A stretch of 64,000 bases of DNA. Origin: Chiloscyllium plagiosum. Lineage: Eukaryota. The translations under genes and the position numbers were made by a program. The notes beneath the pieces were generated by a model, which saw nothing but the letters and a program-made list of their open reading frames with translations, did not search any database and was not told where the DNA came from. The DNA is taken from NCBI RefSeq assembly GCF_004010195.1, contig NC_057719.1, positions 54,395,035 through 54,459,034 on the forward strand, in the 5' to 3' direction. Below are positions 13,037-26,439 of the stretch, piece by piece; within the stretch, counting starts at the first letter, position 1; each line of letters starts with the position of its first letter.

Positions 13037-13849
13037 AGCATTAGTGAGACCTCACCTGGAGTAATGTGCATTGTTTTGTTCCCCTTACTTGAGGAAGGTT
13101 ATAGTTGCATTGGAAGCAGTTCAGAGGAGGTTCACAAGCTTAATTCCAGAGAGGAGGGGTTTGTCTTATGAACAGAGATTTAATAGATCTATACTCTCGA
13201 GTTTCGAAGAATGAGAGGAGATCTAATTGAGGCATTAAAGATGCTGAAGGGGATAGTCAAAATAGACATGGAAAGGCTGCTTCCACGTGTGGGACAATCA
13301 AGAATGTCACATTTTAGGATTAGAGTATCAGATTTAAAACAGAGATGAGAATAAATCACTTCTCACAAAGAGTCATGAATCAGTGAGATTCCCCAGAGTG
13401 TTGTGGATGTTGGGATATTGAATGAATTCAAGGAGGAGATAGACAGATTTTTAATTAGCGAAGGGTTGAATGGTTATGGACAGTGGGCAGGAAAGTGGTG
13501 TTGAGACCGTGATGAGATCAGCCATGGTTAATCAGCAGAGCAGACGAGCAACTGAATTGCCTAATCCTGCTCCAAGCTCTTATGTTCTAGACTCATAGCA
13601 ACATGGTTAACTTGAATTACCCTGCTTTGTTACTGAAGAATTGTATCTAAACAGTCATAGAAACATTGAATAATTATATGGATTGACCATTTGACATTGA
13701 TTTAATTAACTGGGAAGAGCAAAAAACCCAACCTGCCCAATCAATCCTACAAAGTCTTCCTCACTAACATCTGAGCAAATGTGCCAAAGTTGGGAAAAAT
13801 GGCCCACAGACCAGCCAGGTAACAGTCCTACTCATCAAAACATATGATA

Positions 13850-15620
13850 GAACCACTAAAAAAGTACAATACAGAAAGAGGCCTTTCAGTCTATCGTGTC
13901 TATCCTGGCTGAATAGACTTGCTGCCCATTCTAATCTACTTTCCAGCACCTGGATTTTTGCCTTGCAGATTGAAGTGACTTTAAAATAAGCTATGGGTTT
14001 TCACCTTAGACACCAAACTTGGCATTGATTTCCAGATATCTACTGTCGCCTGAGTGAAATATTTTCCTCATGTTCCTCTAATCCTTTCACCTATCACCCT
14101 AAACGTGTAGCCCAATAATTGCCAGGGAAACAGGTCTTTCTTGCTTAGTCTATCCAAACCCTTTATTATTTTGTATATCTCAATTAAGTCACCCCTCAGC
14201 CTCCTCTGTTCCAAGAAAAATTAACCTTGCCAACCTAAGCTTTTGTCATAGCTGCTAGTTTCAAGCCCTCTGTATTATCTGTTGAACAATTTTGACTTTC
14301 CTGTAATCTGATAATTGAACTGTACTCAAAATTCCAGCTGCTTAATCTGATATATTTCCAGAATTATATTCCTGCTTTTGAATTGAATATCCTACCCATT
14401 GAAGGAGACTATCCTAAATGACTTAACCACCTTCCTGTCATCTTCAAGATTTGTGGACATGCATTCCAAAGCTCTCAACTCACTACCCCTCTCAATATCC
14501 TGTGATTTATCATATATTCACTTACTTTGTTTTTTTTTCTCCTTAAATGCATAACATTGCACTTCTCTGGATTGAATTTGATTTGCCATTCTATGACCCA
14601 CCCAACCAAACCATTGATATGTTCCTGCAATCAACAGCCATCCTCTTCACTATCGACTACCTGGCCAGTTTTTTGGTGCTCTGTTAATTGTGCTTCCCAT
14701 ATTTAATTCTACATCAGTGAAACATTGCTAGAAACTATTCTTCCATTTGCAAAAACATTGTCATAGAGACATACTTCATGAAAACAGCCTTTCATTCCAA
14801 CCAGTCCATGCTGAAAATAATTCCAAACTAAACTAGTTCCAGCTGTGTGCTCTTGGGCTATATCCCTCCAAACCTTCCTTATTCATGTATCCATCTAAAT
14901 GGCTTTTAAGTGTTGCAATCGTACCCACGTCCACTATTATTTCAGTGTCACAGAACCAATTTTGGATCCAACTGGGCTCCTTCCAATGTGCCATGAACTT
15001 TAGTAGTTCTGGCCAGTTCGTCACATAGAACCTGTTGGAATTCCTTCCTAAATTCCATGTAGACAATGTACACAGTACTACCCACATCAACCTTCCTTAT
15101 AACTTCTTCAAACAATTCAATTAAGTTTGCAAAACATAACCTAAACTTAGCAACACCATGCTGACTAATTCATATCTCTCCAAGTAACAGCTAATTCCAT
15201 CTCTCTAGCATTGATTCAAACAATTTGTCCAGCAGTAAGGGCAGACTGACTAGTCTGTAATTTTTTGGCCTAACTTTTGCATTGAAAATGGTGCAATATT
15301 TGACGATTTAGTACATTGCCTGGATCTGGTGAGGATTGGAAAATGATGATCAGATTATTTGTTAATAACTTCCTGGCTTTTTTTAACAATTCATCCAGAC
15401 CTGGTGGTTTGTCCAACTTCAAGGAGGTCCATCCCTCCAGTACTTTCCTTATTATTATGCTAATTTTATTTATTGCTTTACATTCCTCCTATTTACAAGA
15501 ATACCTGTATCTCTCCTTTGTACAGAGACAAAGTATTTATTAAAAACCTTACCAATCTCATCTATACCCCTGCACAAGTTACCTTGTACACCTCTAATCA
15601 GATTAATCCTTTCATTTGAG
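13850..15620 (-). mobile_element. Degenerate CR1 LINE fragment(s), with a second CR1 3' tail nested at ~14760-14940
   Basis: The minus-strand ORF contains WIQNWF (CR1 RT) fused to HLDGYMNKEGLEGY (CR1 3' end, compare 11410-11460). Confidence 0.7.
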
Positions 15621-16559
15621 TTTCTAAAGAAACTTTTTTGAGATTTGAAGATAAAAAATTTTGCAGTATGGCTATTATACTGAGTTTAAATGTTTAAAGA
15701 GATTTAAAACAAAATTATTAAAACATTATTGATTTAGTGCAAGATTGAAAGCTTTAAAGCCATCAAAAGTTATTAGAGGAAGACTTCAACAAAATGTATC
15801 TTTTTCTCAATCAATATTGCAGATTTTTAAATCTTTGAAGTAAATTGAACAATGCAATATTTAGATACTGTGGAATGTGGTCAAGTGAACTCAGGTCCAA
15901 AATTGGATGTTCTAAATTGACCCATAGCTGGAGAAATAAAGCCTGACAGAAAATTGGCCAAACTCAATGAAAGAGCAGCTATCAGCTACAGAGAACAGTG
16001 GAAACAAGAATCAAAGACTTTACAAAAGTTCAAGGGGAACCAGCTGCAACCAATCTGAGGGTTGCATTTTGGAGAAGTGTCAATCAGACATTCTGGCAAC
16101 TTGACTGTCTGAGGACAAGCACTTTAAACCATCCAGCATAGCATCAGTGAAAGGTGTCAGCATAACCTAATGGATGATTTGAACCCAGCTTATGAACCCG
16201 TTGGCCAGAGGTCACAGAACATTCTGGAAGATCTGGCGTGAGGGAGGATAAAAGCACACACCTGGACAACATCCACTCAGTGAAGAAAGTGGATGAAGGA
16301 AGAAAGAAAGAGATGACAGAGAAAAAAAAACATGAGATACAGAATTGCTTGTGAATTAAATATCAAATCTCACACCGCACAACTGTATACACTATTGTAT
16401 TCAACAGGAGCCAGAGAAGAGGTGAACAGTCTCTAGTGGATGAGTGGAAGCACAGAGGATATATAGGGTTAGTAGTTTGGGAGATGTGGTGGTTGAGACC
16501 CATTAAGCAGACATGCTGCATGCAATACTAAGAGTTGCTGTCTTTGAGTTTTGGTTAGA

Positions 16560-16900
16560 TGTGTGCGCAGTAAATGATTTTAGAGACTAGTGGTCTGTGG
16601 ATGTGAGGTAGAGAAGAAAAGATTGTGGAGTGCAGAAAATTATTAACCTTCTTTTGGCGTTGCTAAAATTTGAGTTGGACCCTGTAGTTGCACTGACCCA
16701 GGCAATGTTCTCTGTTAGGGTTGGGTGGGTGTACAGTTATGGCTGCTTTTAGCACTTGGGTGCTCGAGGCAAAAACAGTCTTCCTTTCCTGTAGCCCATG
16801 CACCAGCACCTCCAGGATCCTGTCAGCAAAGGGAGAGGCTAACTCTGCTTTCTGTGTCATGCCCTTAATGATGACAGGCAAACATTACATGATGAGGCCT
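16560..16900 (-). pseudogene. Harbinger-type Myb/SANT accessory gene remnant
   Basis: ASPFADRILEVLVHGLQERKTVF, then after a frameshift QRQKKVNN, follows the Myb/SANT pattern APRFSDxxLEVLVxxVxxRRxVL...QCRKKxND of PIF/Harbinger accessory proteins. Confidence 0.55.
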
Positions 16901-17364
16901 GTTTGTGGCTTGCAGCTTCTAAAGTACTTGGAGGTGGGTTATATATAAGAGAACAGCAGAAATGTTGCAAAGTCCTGACAGTGGCAAGCATTTCCACATC
17001 TTCCACTGCACAATTTTATGAGCTGGGCATCACAGAGGCTGGTTGCTCAAATATAAATTGAAGAGAAGACAATTGTGAGAGGAAATGTAACATTGGCCAT
17101 GAAATTTCAGCACTTTTTCTCCCTCCATAGATGTTGCTAGACCTGCTGAGTATTTCCTGCACTTTTCTGTTTTTATTTCTTATTGATTTTCAGCACTTGG
17201 TTCAGATGTCTGGTTTCCTCTAAATGGGCAATGTAATCAAAATCTTTCAACAACTGCAGCAGCTTTTGCACGAATTAAATGATTTTCACAAACATAATTC
17301 TCTGAAGAGATCAATAAACTCTTGAGTAAAACTCTATTAATCACTTGCTGACTTTCTGATTTAA

Positions 17365-17790
17365 TGTGTTAGCCTTGGCTGAGTGCTTGCACTCACATCT
17401 CTGACTTGGAATGTATTGATGTTAAGTTCCAATCCAGAATCAGGAGATCAAAATCTAGGCTGACAATAGTGAAATGTAGTGAGTGTTCCTTTGTCAGAGG
17501 TCACATCTTTTAGAGGATGTATTAAATGGACATTCTATCTTTCTTCCTCAATAAACAAATGATTCAATTGGTGTATTTCATAGACAAGCCGGTGAGTTGT
17601 GGTCAATGCTTTTCTCTCAAGTTGATATCATTAATAATCAGATAATTAGGCCATTGCCTTACTGCTGTGGACCATTGCATTTCCTATATTGTTAGAGTCA
17701 CTGTTCCTTAAACGCACTTTATTAATGTTAAATGCTTTGAGAAGCCCTGAAGTTGTGTAAGATCTTATAAAAATGCAAGCCTTTCTCTTT
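17365..17790 (+). mobile_element. Deu-domain SINE (SacSINE1-like), near full length, old
   Basis: tRNA-like head (ccttggctgagtg...aagttccaatcc), aaaatctaggctgaca, and 3' end tgctttgagaagccctgaagttgtgtaagatcttataaaaatgcaag. A similar head fragment lies at ~5225-5310. Confidence 0.7.
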
Positions 17791-17949
17791 TTAAAGTGGC
17801 TATAAAACAAATCTCTTGTATTTTAATTAATAATATTGCAGAGACACTATTACAGCAATATAACAATGAAAAGAGATTCTGAATAGCAAATAAAAATTAT
17901 GTAATGTTTTTGACTGCATCTAGTTATATCAGAAAAATTATGTTTGTAA

Positions 17950-19100
17950 GTTATAAGTGCATGGACAGGGTGAATAGAATGCATCTGTTCCCCTTAGTCA
18001 AAGGCTCAATGACAATATCACTTTAAAATTATTTAAAGTGTAAGGCAGAGGGTTTAGAGGGCATTTGAGGAAAACCATTTTCACACAGAGGGTAGTGGGA
18101 GTCTGAAATGGATGGCCTGGGTGGTTAGTTGAAGCGGGAAACCTCACAACCTTTAAAAAATACTTGGAGTGTCATAACATTTAAGGCTATGGGCCGAATG
18201 TGGGAAATACGGAAAGTATATGTCTTAATGTATTTTTGGTTGAACAGGCTCGGTGTGTCGAAAGGTTTCTTCTATGTCGCATAGTTCTATGATTTTATGA
18301 TCCAATTATTGATCCCTGCTAAAATGCTCTACATATCTTCCACCAGTCTGAGAAATAGCCATTAAACCATTACCGTCTGTTTCCTATCATTCAAACAATT
18401 TTATATCGACATTGCCACTATCCATTTTATTCCATGATCTATAACTGATCTCATAAATCTATTGTGTGGTATTATATTGATACCTTCTGAAAGTCCACAT
18501 CATCAGCCCTCTCTGTTAGTTCTTCAAAAAGTCCAGTAAGTTAGTTAGACATGATCTTCTCTTAACAAATTCATGCTGTCTCTTCCAAAATAATTCTGTC
18601 CCACATAATTATTTCTAGAAGCTCCCGGTCACTGAAATTAAAATGATTGACTGGTCTATGAATGCTGAGTTATTTTTACAACCTGTTATGAACAAGGGCA
18701 TAAATGCTTGCAATTCTACAGTCATCCAGGACCATGTCTGAATATAGGGAAGTTTGAAAGATTGTTAGTGCCTTCGCGACTTCCACTCTAATTTCTTTTA
18801 ATATCCTTGGGTGCATCTCATTTAGTCTTGGTGTGCTATCAATTTTAGTTCTTGACAGCTTATCCCATACCACCTCCCACACAGTTATGATCCTTCAAGT
18901 GTCTGAGTTTTCTCCTCTGTCCACATTGCCTGAGTAGTATTGACATTGTAGGTAACGAGATGTGCAAAGTATTGATTTAACACCTCTGATGTACCTTTTG
19001 CCTCCATGGCTAAATCTCCTTATTGGTCCCTAATTGGCCCTTCTCCTCTTTCCACAACTCATTTATTATTCATGTGTTTACACAAGACTTTGTGGTTTCC
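17950..19100. mobile_element. CR1 3' end (+, 17950-18300) abutting an internal CR1 RT fragment (-, 18300-19100)
   Basis: Tail ttctatgattttatga. The minus ORF MHPRILKEIRVEVAKALTIFQTSLYSDMVLDDCRIA is CR1 RT. Confidence 0.75.
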
Positions 19101-19921
19101 CTCTTATGTTCACAGCCATTCATTTCACAATTCAGGAGTCTCATTGATAGCCACAAGAATACATGTCTGAGACGTGCTTCAAGGCACCAGCAAAGCAGTG
19201 AAGACAACAAGTTGCATCTTGAGTAGATGGTTCCTCGAAGGTGCGCAACAAGGTCCAAGTCTGTGGCACCAGTGAGAGATAGGCGTTAAGTGGAAAAGAG
19301 TAATAGAGTATTCTTTTAGTAAGAGGAGCAGAGGTTGTATTTTCCTAATCATCATGGATGATGTCCAGGAGAGCAAAGAGTCAACCTCGCCAATGAAGAC
19401 ATGGAGGATCCCACTGTGTCTTCAGATGATGAGTCGAGTGATGACTTTGAGGATGAACATGACCATAAAGTCCCATGTTTTGAACATCAGCAAATTCACA
19501 AGAGAGAGACCAAAAGGGCTCTTTATTCTAGTGTGTTTCAGCTAAGGCCATGATATTGTCTCACAAAATTTTGCATAAATGAAATAAGTGATTTGTATCC
19601 CAGTATATGAAACAAATCCATCCTTAAAGGTTGCTGTGTAGAAAGATCAATGATTTTCATCAGAAAATGTCAGGGCTCTGCACTCTTATTATTGTAAGTT
19701 AATACCTATTCTAAATATTAACAGTAAAACACATTTCATGAGTAACAAATTTAATACAGAGCAGGTTAAGAATAGAACACTTAGTTTTACACAAGTATTA
19801 AGCTGCAGTAATGCGTTCTCTGTGTCTCATCATTTCTTAACTTGTTTATGGGTTTTTCAGTGAGGAGGCAGGTTGGTGACTTTGACATTCCTTTAGCTTG
19901 GCTGTGCTTGATAGGTATCAT

Positions 19922-21100
19922 CTGGTGGCCTGAGGCTATGATATCCTTGACTATTTGAGTGACTTCTTTCTCAGTGCAACAGCCTTACTCACAGAGGGGC
20001 GGAGGATTCATTGTATCATAAGGAGCACCCTGACTGGAGCACCAAGATGTAGATGAGAGCTGCTCATCTGGCACATGAAATCCATACTGCAGGTGCAAGA
20101 GGACATAGTATAGACATCAGATACCTTGTCTATCTCTCAAACTGGTAATGTCAACCAGAGATATTCAACACTGTCTGAACATATCTTCTTGAACATAAAT
20201 CCAACAACATTTGAGTTTCTTGATCTGGCTTTCCAGAAAAGTCAACAAACTCTTGATGAAGACCCCACACTTTTAGAACATAGTTTGAAGTATCTGTTTG
20301 CAGCACTCTTGGCTGTGTTGAACTCTTCCACTACCTACGTCAGGGTATGTATGTCTAATGAAGGCCTTGCCCACATCTTCACACCTCATACTATCAGTCC
20401 ATCATCAATGGCTTTATAGATTACTCCAGTGACTCATCAGCTTCCTAGGACTTTACATTATCTTGGTCTCCTAAACACCTTTATGAGTCAAAGGCCTGCG
20501 CTATCACATGATGCTCTGACATGTTGAAAATTGGGATCCCTTTAAAACTGAGTTTTTCTAGTATTCCCTGTTATCACAAGATCCCAATTAACTGTTACTC
20601 CAGAAGTAACTAACCTTAATCATCAGGATCACCAAGTTAATGATCTTCCATTGCATTGACATTGAAGAACTATATGGCACCACCAACATACTCTATTATC
20701 AATACAACATCTGGGGAAATTGCATATTTTGGTCTAAGAAGGAATGGCAAATGCCTCAAAATAGACAATGGTCATCCCGATGACATGAGTACCTATCCCA
20801 TGACGTGAAAGGATTCAAATGGGCAATTAACACGTGTAAACTGCCAGCTCGAGAAATAGGGTACCTCAGCAAGGGCTGGGTCAGAGAGTAGTCCTCATCA
20901 ATAGCAATCCTTGATAGGGAGCTAGGTCTTCTTCAGATGCAAGATGGCCAGAAAATATTACAGGAAGACTCAGGAAAGTGTTCCCTATCATTTCAGCTCG
21001 AGAGCAGGGTGCTGCCTTCACAGACTTCATGCTGATTTACTGTTTAATCCTCTTGTGTATCAGTGGAATGCGTGGTACAATCCTCTGTCAAATTAACTAA
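19922..21100 (+). pseudogene. Putative decayed viral envelope / class I fusion glycoprotein gene
   Basis: One frame from 19922 to ~20530 with few stops: DILDYLSDFFLSATALLTE...MKSILQVQEDIV...GLAHIFTPHTISPSSMAL*ITPVTHQLP. Frameshifted pieces follow: FLVFPVI, YSIINTTSGEIAYFGL..CLKIDN, SIAILDRELGLLQMQ, and hydrophobic FMLIYCLILLCISG. Assigned by pattern only. Confidence 0.4.
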
Positions 21101-21174
21101 CATATCATAATAAACTATGGTTTTGCAACAAACCTAATAATCTATCTGAAAATTCCTTATGAATTCCATTTTGT

Positions 21175-21242
21175 GGGCTTGGATCGGCGCAACATCGAGG
21201 GCCAAAGGGCCTGTACTGCGCTGTATTCTTCTATGTTCTATG
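21175..21242 (+). mobile_element. Very short CR1/SINE 3' tail insertion
   Basis: gggccaaagggcctgtactgcgctgtattcttctatgttctatg is the CR1-type 3' terminus. Confidence 0.7.
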
Positions 21243-21455
21243 AATTGGCTATGTTAGGTAACTGTGGTCACAAAGCTCCAAATCTAATAGACTGCTCATT
21301 CATTGCTCAGACCAGTAAAGACTACTGTGTGGGCTAACATGCACAAACCCACCAAAGATCCAGTATCTGAGCTGGAATTAGGTGCAGAGCAAGAATATGA
21401 TTGTCTACATTCTAAGATCTCCTCAATTCCTCAGACTTGATTGTGTAACCCTTAG

Positions 21456-22091
21456 CTGAAAATGTGTTGCTGGAAAAGCGCAGCAGGTCAGGCAGCATCC
21501 AGGGAACAGGAGAATCGACGTTTCGGGCATAAGCCCTTCTTCAGGAATGAGGAAAGTCTGTCCAGTAGGCTAAGATAAAAGGTAGGGAGGAGGGACTTGG
21601 GGGAGGGGCGTCGGGAATGTGATAGGTGGAAAGAGGTCAAGGTGAGGGTGATAGGTCAGACTGGGGTGGGGGCGGGGAGGTCGGGAAGAAGATTGCAGGT
21701 TAGGAAGGCGGTGCTGAATTTGATGGATTTGACTGAGACAGGCTGGGGGGAGGGGAAATGAGGAAACTGGTGAAATCCGAGTTCATCCCTTGTGGTTGGA
21801 GGGTTCCTAGCCGGAAGATGAGGTGTTCTTCCTCCAACCGTCGTTTCGCTGTAGTCTGACGATGGGGGAGTCCAAAGACCTGCATATTCTTGTTGGAGTG
21901 GGAGGGGGAGTTGAAATGTTGAGCTACAGGGTGGTTGGGTTGGTTGGTCCGGGTGTCCTAGAGGTGTTCTCTGAAACGCTCCGCAAGTAGCCGGCCTGTC
22001 TCCCCAATATAGAGGAGGCCACATCGGGTGCAGAGGATGCAATAGATGATATGTGTGGAGGTGCAGGTGAATCTGTGGCGGATATGGAAGT
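21456..22091 (-). mobile_element. Penelope-like element, 5'-truncated: GIY-YIG domain + pLTR with hammerhead
   Basis: FTCTSTHIIYCILCTRCGLLYIGETGRLLAERFREHL...RRLEEEHLIFRLGTLQPQGMN. Perfect 10-bp TSD taacccttag at 21446-21455 and 22092-22101. Many CpGs retained, so young. Confidence 0.93.
21511..21550 (-). ncRNA. Minimal hammerhead ribozyme motif in PLE pLTR
   Basis: Minus strand: cattc-CTGAAGA-a-gggc-ttat-gccc-GAAA-CGTC-gattc, with palindromic ACGT and a GUC cleavage triplet. Confidence 0.8.
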
Positions 22092-22589
22092 TAACCCTTA
22101 GGTTTGCTACATAACTGTGCCAATGAATGATCTGCAGAAGGTACAACAGTAGTGAATATATAGCAACGAGAGAGAGAGACCCTGAGTCTCCAACTAGCTT
22201 CATTTTGGACACAGAAAAGCAAGGTGATTCATGGCTCAGATTTTATAAGTTGCACTTTAGAGACACATTTCTTCCTATTCCATTGTCCCAAAGATCACAC
22301 CTATTGCTCAGAGAAGGTTCCCAGATTATTTACAAACCTTGACACCATCTGTGGCCCCTCCTCATTTTGTGTATAGATTTGAGCAAAGTTGTAACAACAT
22401 CATCGAGTTGCACATCATTGAACACAAATCATGGTATAGGCAGTGTTAGACCAGACTATGCTAGACAGGAATGAGAGAAAGATGAAGTCTGAAGAACACA
22501 TGGATATAAACACACAAAAATGACAGATGAGTCCTTATCTAACGTGACTGTAGAGATCAAAGACTGAGTGAGGGAGGGAGGGATTGAGT

Positions 22590-23622
22590 GAGTGAGTATG
22601 GAAATATACAACACCATCAACAATATCCTTAGTGGCATAAATTTCACAAATGAGGAGGAGAATGACAACAGACTCCTATTCCTAGATGTCACAGTAGAAC
22701 AAATGGTTAATGGAGAACTTCAAACCAATGTCTACAGAAAAACAACACACACAGACCAAATACTTAACTACAGAAGCAATCATCTCACCACCCACAAATA
22801 GAGCTGCATCAGAACATTATTTCAACAAGCCACAACACACTGCAGCACCCAGGAACCACAAACAGCTAAAGAAAAATACCTATACAGCGTACTCAGAAAG
22901 AACGTGTACCCAATAAACACAGCCTGCCGATTCATCAAAAACAAATCCAAACAAGCAGACACAACTTGTTTAGAAACTCTAGCCACATTACCTTACATCA
23001 AAGACATCTCTGAGATGTCTCCAGACTACTCAGCCCCCTTGGCATCATGATAGCCCACAAACCTACCAACACACTTAAACAGCAGCTAATGAACCTAAAG
23101 ACCCAATTCAAACAACTAGGAAAATGATGTCATTTATAAAATACCTTGCAAGGACTGTCACAAACACTACATCAGCATAACAGGCAGAAAACTAGCCACC
23201 GGGATACATGAATACCAACTAGCCACCAAAAGACATGACCCACTATTACTAGTATCCTTACATACAGACGACGAAGAACACAACTTTGACTGGGACAACA
23301 CATCCATCCTGGGACAGGCTAAACAGAGACATGCATGGGACTTCCTCAAGACCTGTCATCCTAACAGGAATTCCATCAATAAACACATCAATTTGGACCC
23401 CATCTACCATCCTCTGAGAAAAAGAACTGGAAATGATATCACCCACCTTAAGAAACCAAGACACATAAATAGAAAGCAAGCCATGCCACCAGTGCTTCAC
23501 CAGAGACTCACTGATGATGTTACCTAGTATGGTGACAAAATGTCTGAAAACAAACCTTCCAGCTCAGCGAGCTAACTTACAACCTGATCCTCAACCTGAG
23601 TTACAAATCTTCTTAAAAATTG
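22590..23622 (+). mobile_element. Penelope-like element (second family): RT thumb + GIY-YIG + pLTR, decayed
   Basis: INFTNEEENDNRLLFLDVTV...VYRKTTHTDQILNYRSNH, then VIYKIPCKDCHKHYISITGR. Hammerhead-like ctca-CTGATGA-tgttacc..ggtgac-aaaatgtc-tga at ~23507-23548. Confidence 0.92.
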
Positions 23623-26439
23623 CAGATAACTCTTATAAATAGTTTGATGCATTATGATGAATCAGATTTACTCTATTGATGTCAGTTGCTGGGTGCATCA
23701 GGATCTTACTCTAGATTCAATAATCATTGCTACATGTAGTTGGGAGATCACCTAAAGCATTAAATATTGTGGTATAAACGGAGAATAACAGACATTTTTT
23801 CATGATTATTAACTGACATGGTAACATGGGAAATAAATTTACTTGGATCACGTGGATGATAGTCAAAGATTTAGTTAAGTGCATCATTTCTGAAGCATAA
23901 TGCAGAGTATGTAAATGTTGAGAGTAAAGAAATTAGATGGTTTAGGAAGGTTGTCACAATCTGAAACTCCTTGGCAGTGTTTTCAACAACTTAATGAGAA
24001 ACAGTAATGTAACTAATACTTGTCCTCCTGTGCATACAAATGAAAGTTTGCATACCTCTTTTTCACTTCAGTGACATCTTTTGAATATAGCAGGCATGTT
24101 TCATCAGTTCAACTGCTTTGATGCTTTACAAACATTGTGGGAAAAAGATTCTAAAAGAAGCCTTCATTATTAGTTGCCTGTGAGGTTTGTGCAGAAATCT
24201 GTAAGTAACCTTGTGATATTGGACATGATAATACTCAAGTGAATGGTTGTCATTTTAATTCCAAGGTTTTTGACAGGGAATATTTAAAACACTTAGTCCC
24301 AAGAACAGAAAGGACAAAGTTTGTCAAATACTAAACTAAAACCAAATCAACCCAATAGAGACATGGACCACCTAATCACTGGCTCTATATTGTCTGTGGA
24401 GTCAACAGAGCTCATTAGAAGGTGAATCACCTAACATTTAAATTCAAGATCTGGAGTTCCTATTTTTCTGAAATACCAGATTGACAAGAGGCAGAGAAAC
24501 AATATACATTCAAACAAAACTTTCTGACCAGGGGATTAACTTAATCAATATTTGCTTGTTTTCGCCATGACTACATCAGTCAGAAGACAGAAGAACCGGG
24601 GCAGCCTCAAAAAGGAAAAGGAGAAAGCAGCAGGAGGCATACTACTCCACAAGATCAGTACTTCAAAGCAGCGTCGCTTTCTCTCTCCTTGTATCCCTCT
24701 TTCCAACTAGAACCAAAGGAAGTTACAAACCCAAGGAAGTGGAATGGCCTCAAGGAATTTGACCAGAAAAGACATGACAGGGTGAAAGTTTCATCTGTAA
24801 CATGCAGAATACTGAAGCCAATGCCATGTGCAAAGTTGCCCCACATCTCCTGACCAAATCTTCATTAACCTTGAGAGTTTAACAACCTCATGGAAGGGAT
24901 TCCTGAGAGGCTTAGTCAAAATGAAGTCCAAGGGGAAGTTTTGTTGTTCCTCATAGAAGAACACCTGGCATTGGTTGTGCCACATTGAGTGTACATATTA
25001 AACATACTCATTATTAAAAACCTGAAACCTGTCTCAATTGCATTATTCATCATCCTTCACTATGGTTTGCAAAAGTAAGTCCAGATCTTCAAATGCAAAT
25101 AAGTGACACTCGGTTGCTACCAGGAAGGCTTAATAACCCTCACACAACCAGAAACACTTTACACATTGAAATAAAAGGTTACTTTTAATAGTTAAGTATC
25201 CCAATTAAGGTCTCAAAGACTTTTGGCAAACATAAAATGGATGAGCGTTAAAGAATGGCTTCCCACAATAATATTTTTCCCATGATTCTCCCTGATGTCT
25301 TTATACAAGCACACTCAACAACAAACAATACATTCACTATAGTTTTACCCACATTGCCCTTACTATCCCAACACATCTCATCCCACACCATGACAACCTT
25401 TTTGGTATATTTGGAGAACAAATTATATAAAAAAGACCTAAAGATATATGTATGTTGCCAAGATCCTCAATTTCTTTTCTGCATATGACAATTCATAACA
25501 ACTGTTGTATTCCCTTTATTGCCACATGAAAAACTTGCCCATAATTAGTTGTGTGAACAGATAGAAAGAACCAACTTCCATCATCCTGATCAGGAGCAAA
25601 TAGAGGTAGGACTGAAAAGAATATGCCCACTGAGCAGGGACGCCAGATGTCCCACCTAACCTTTGGCCATTTCAAGAGCTTGGTTGAGGAAGTGGGTCTC
25701 AGCACATTCCAACTATTATGAAAGAGGTAAATGACAACATCGTGATCTCATTGAGAGCTTACTGAGGTAAGGTTTTTTTTGAAGTTTTATGACACAGCTA
25801 ACCTTTTGCAGCTATTGGATTTTACCAACTGTGTGGAGAAGTGCCTCTCTGATTTTGAAGGCAGGTCGAATTTAAAAGGTAAGTAAAAAGCTCTTGATTC
25901 CTTTATGATGGTGTTGTGATCAGAATATGTAGCTATCCCTTAAACAATATATTTTCCAGATTGTTAGTTTTGTCAACTCGTAAGCTGCCAAATAAAGCAT
26001 GAACGTTTTAAGTATGGAAAAAATCTTCAGACCAGTTAAAGAGGTTTACCTAATGAATGAAAATGTAGAGACCTTTCCACATAATTGAAAAGGTAACACA
26101 ATGATAAACATTTTGTAAATGATTACATAAGAGCAATGGAAATAGATGATTAGATTTAGAAGTGCTGAGATAGCAGTATTGCAATCTTTATGTTTAAACA
26201 GAAAGTTCCATGCTACCAGATCAGCAAAAGTTGACATTCTCAGGAGTAGTTGAGCAGGTTACTGGTGTGAAAATTGCAGTTAGACTCATACTTGTCCTAT
26301 TTCAGAGTCTCATAGGGCTTGGGGAATTGCCCATTGGAAGTTCAAACATCCTGGTCAATTCCCAGGGAGCTCTTGAGCGGTGGATCCCTGAGGGGTTCCA
26401 TTGCTCATTTTGAAAGTTATGTCTGGATTCCAATCATCA

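Larger units (their letters stand above)
8020..13590 (+). mobile_element. Old, heavily decayed CR1 LINE ORF2 that hosts a younger CR1 and several PLE mini-insertions
   Basis: APE-like start at 8200-8550 (ttcagaaggacaggcaggaaggtaaaggaggtggt = FRRTGRKVKEV / xRQEGKGGG) resumes at 11564 (acaataataattacaggtgat = TIIITGD). RT remnants lie at 11930-13250 and the CR1 tail ttatgttctag at ~13590. Confidence 0.75.
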
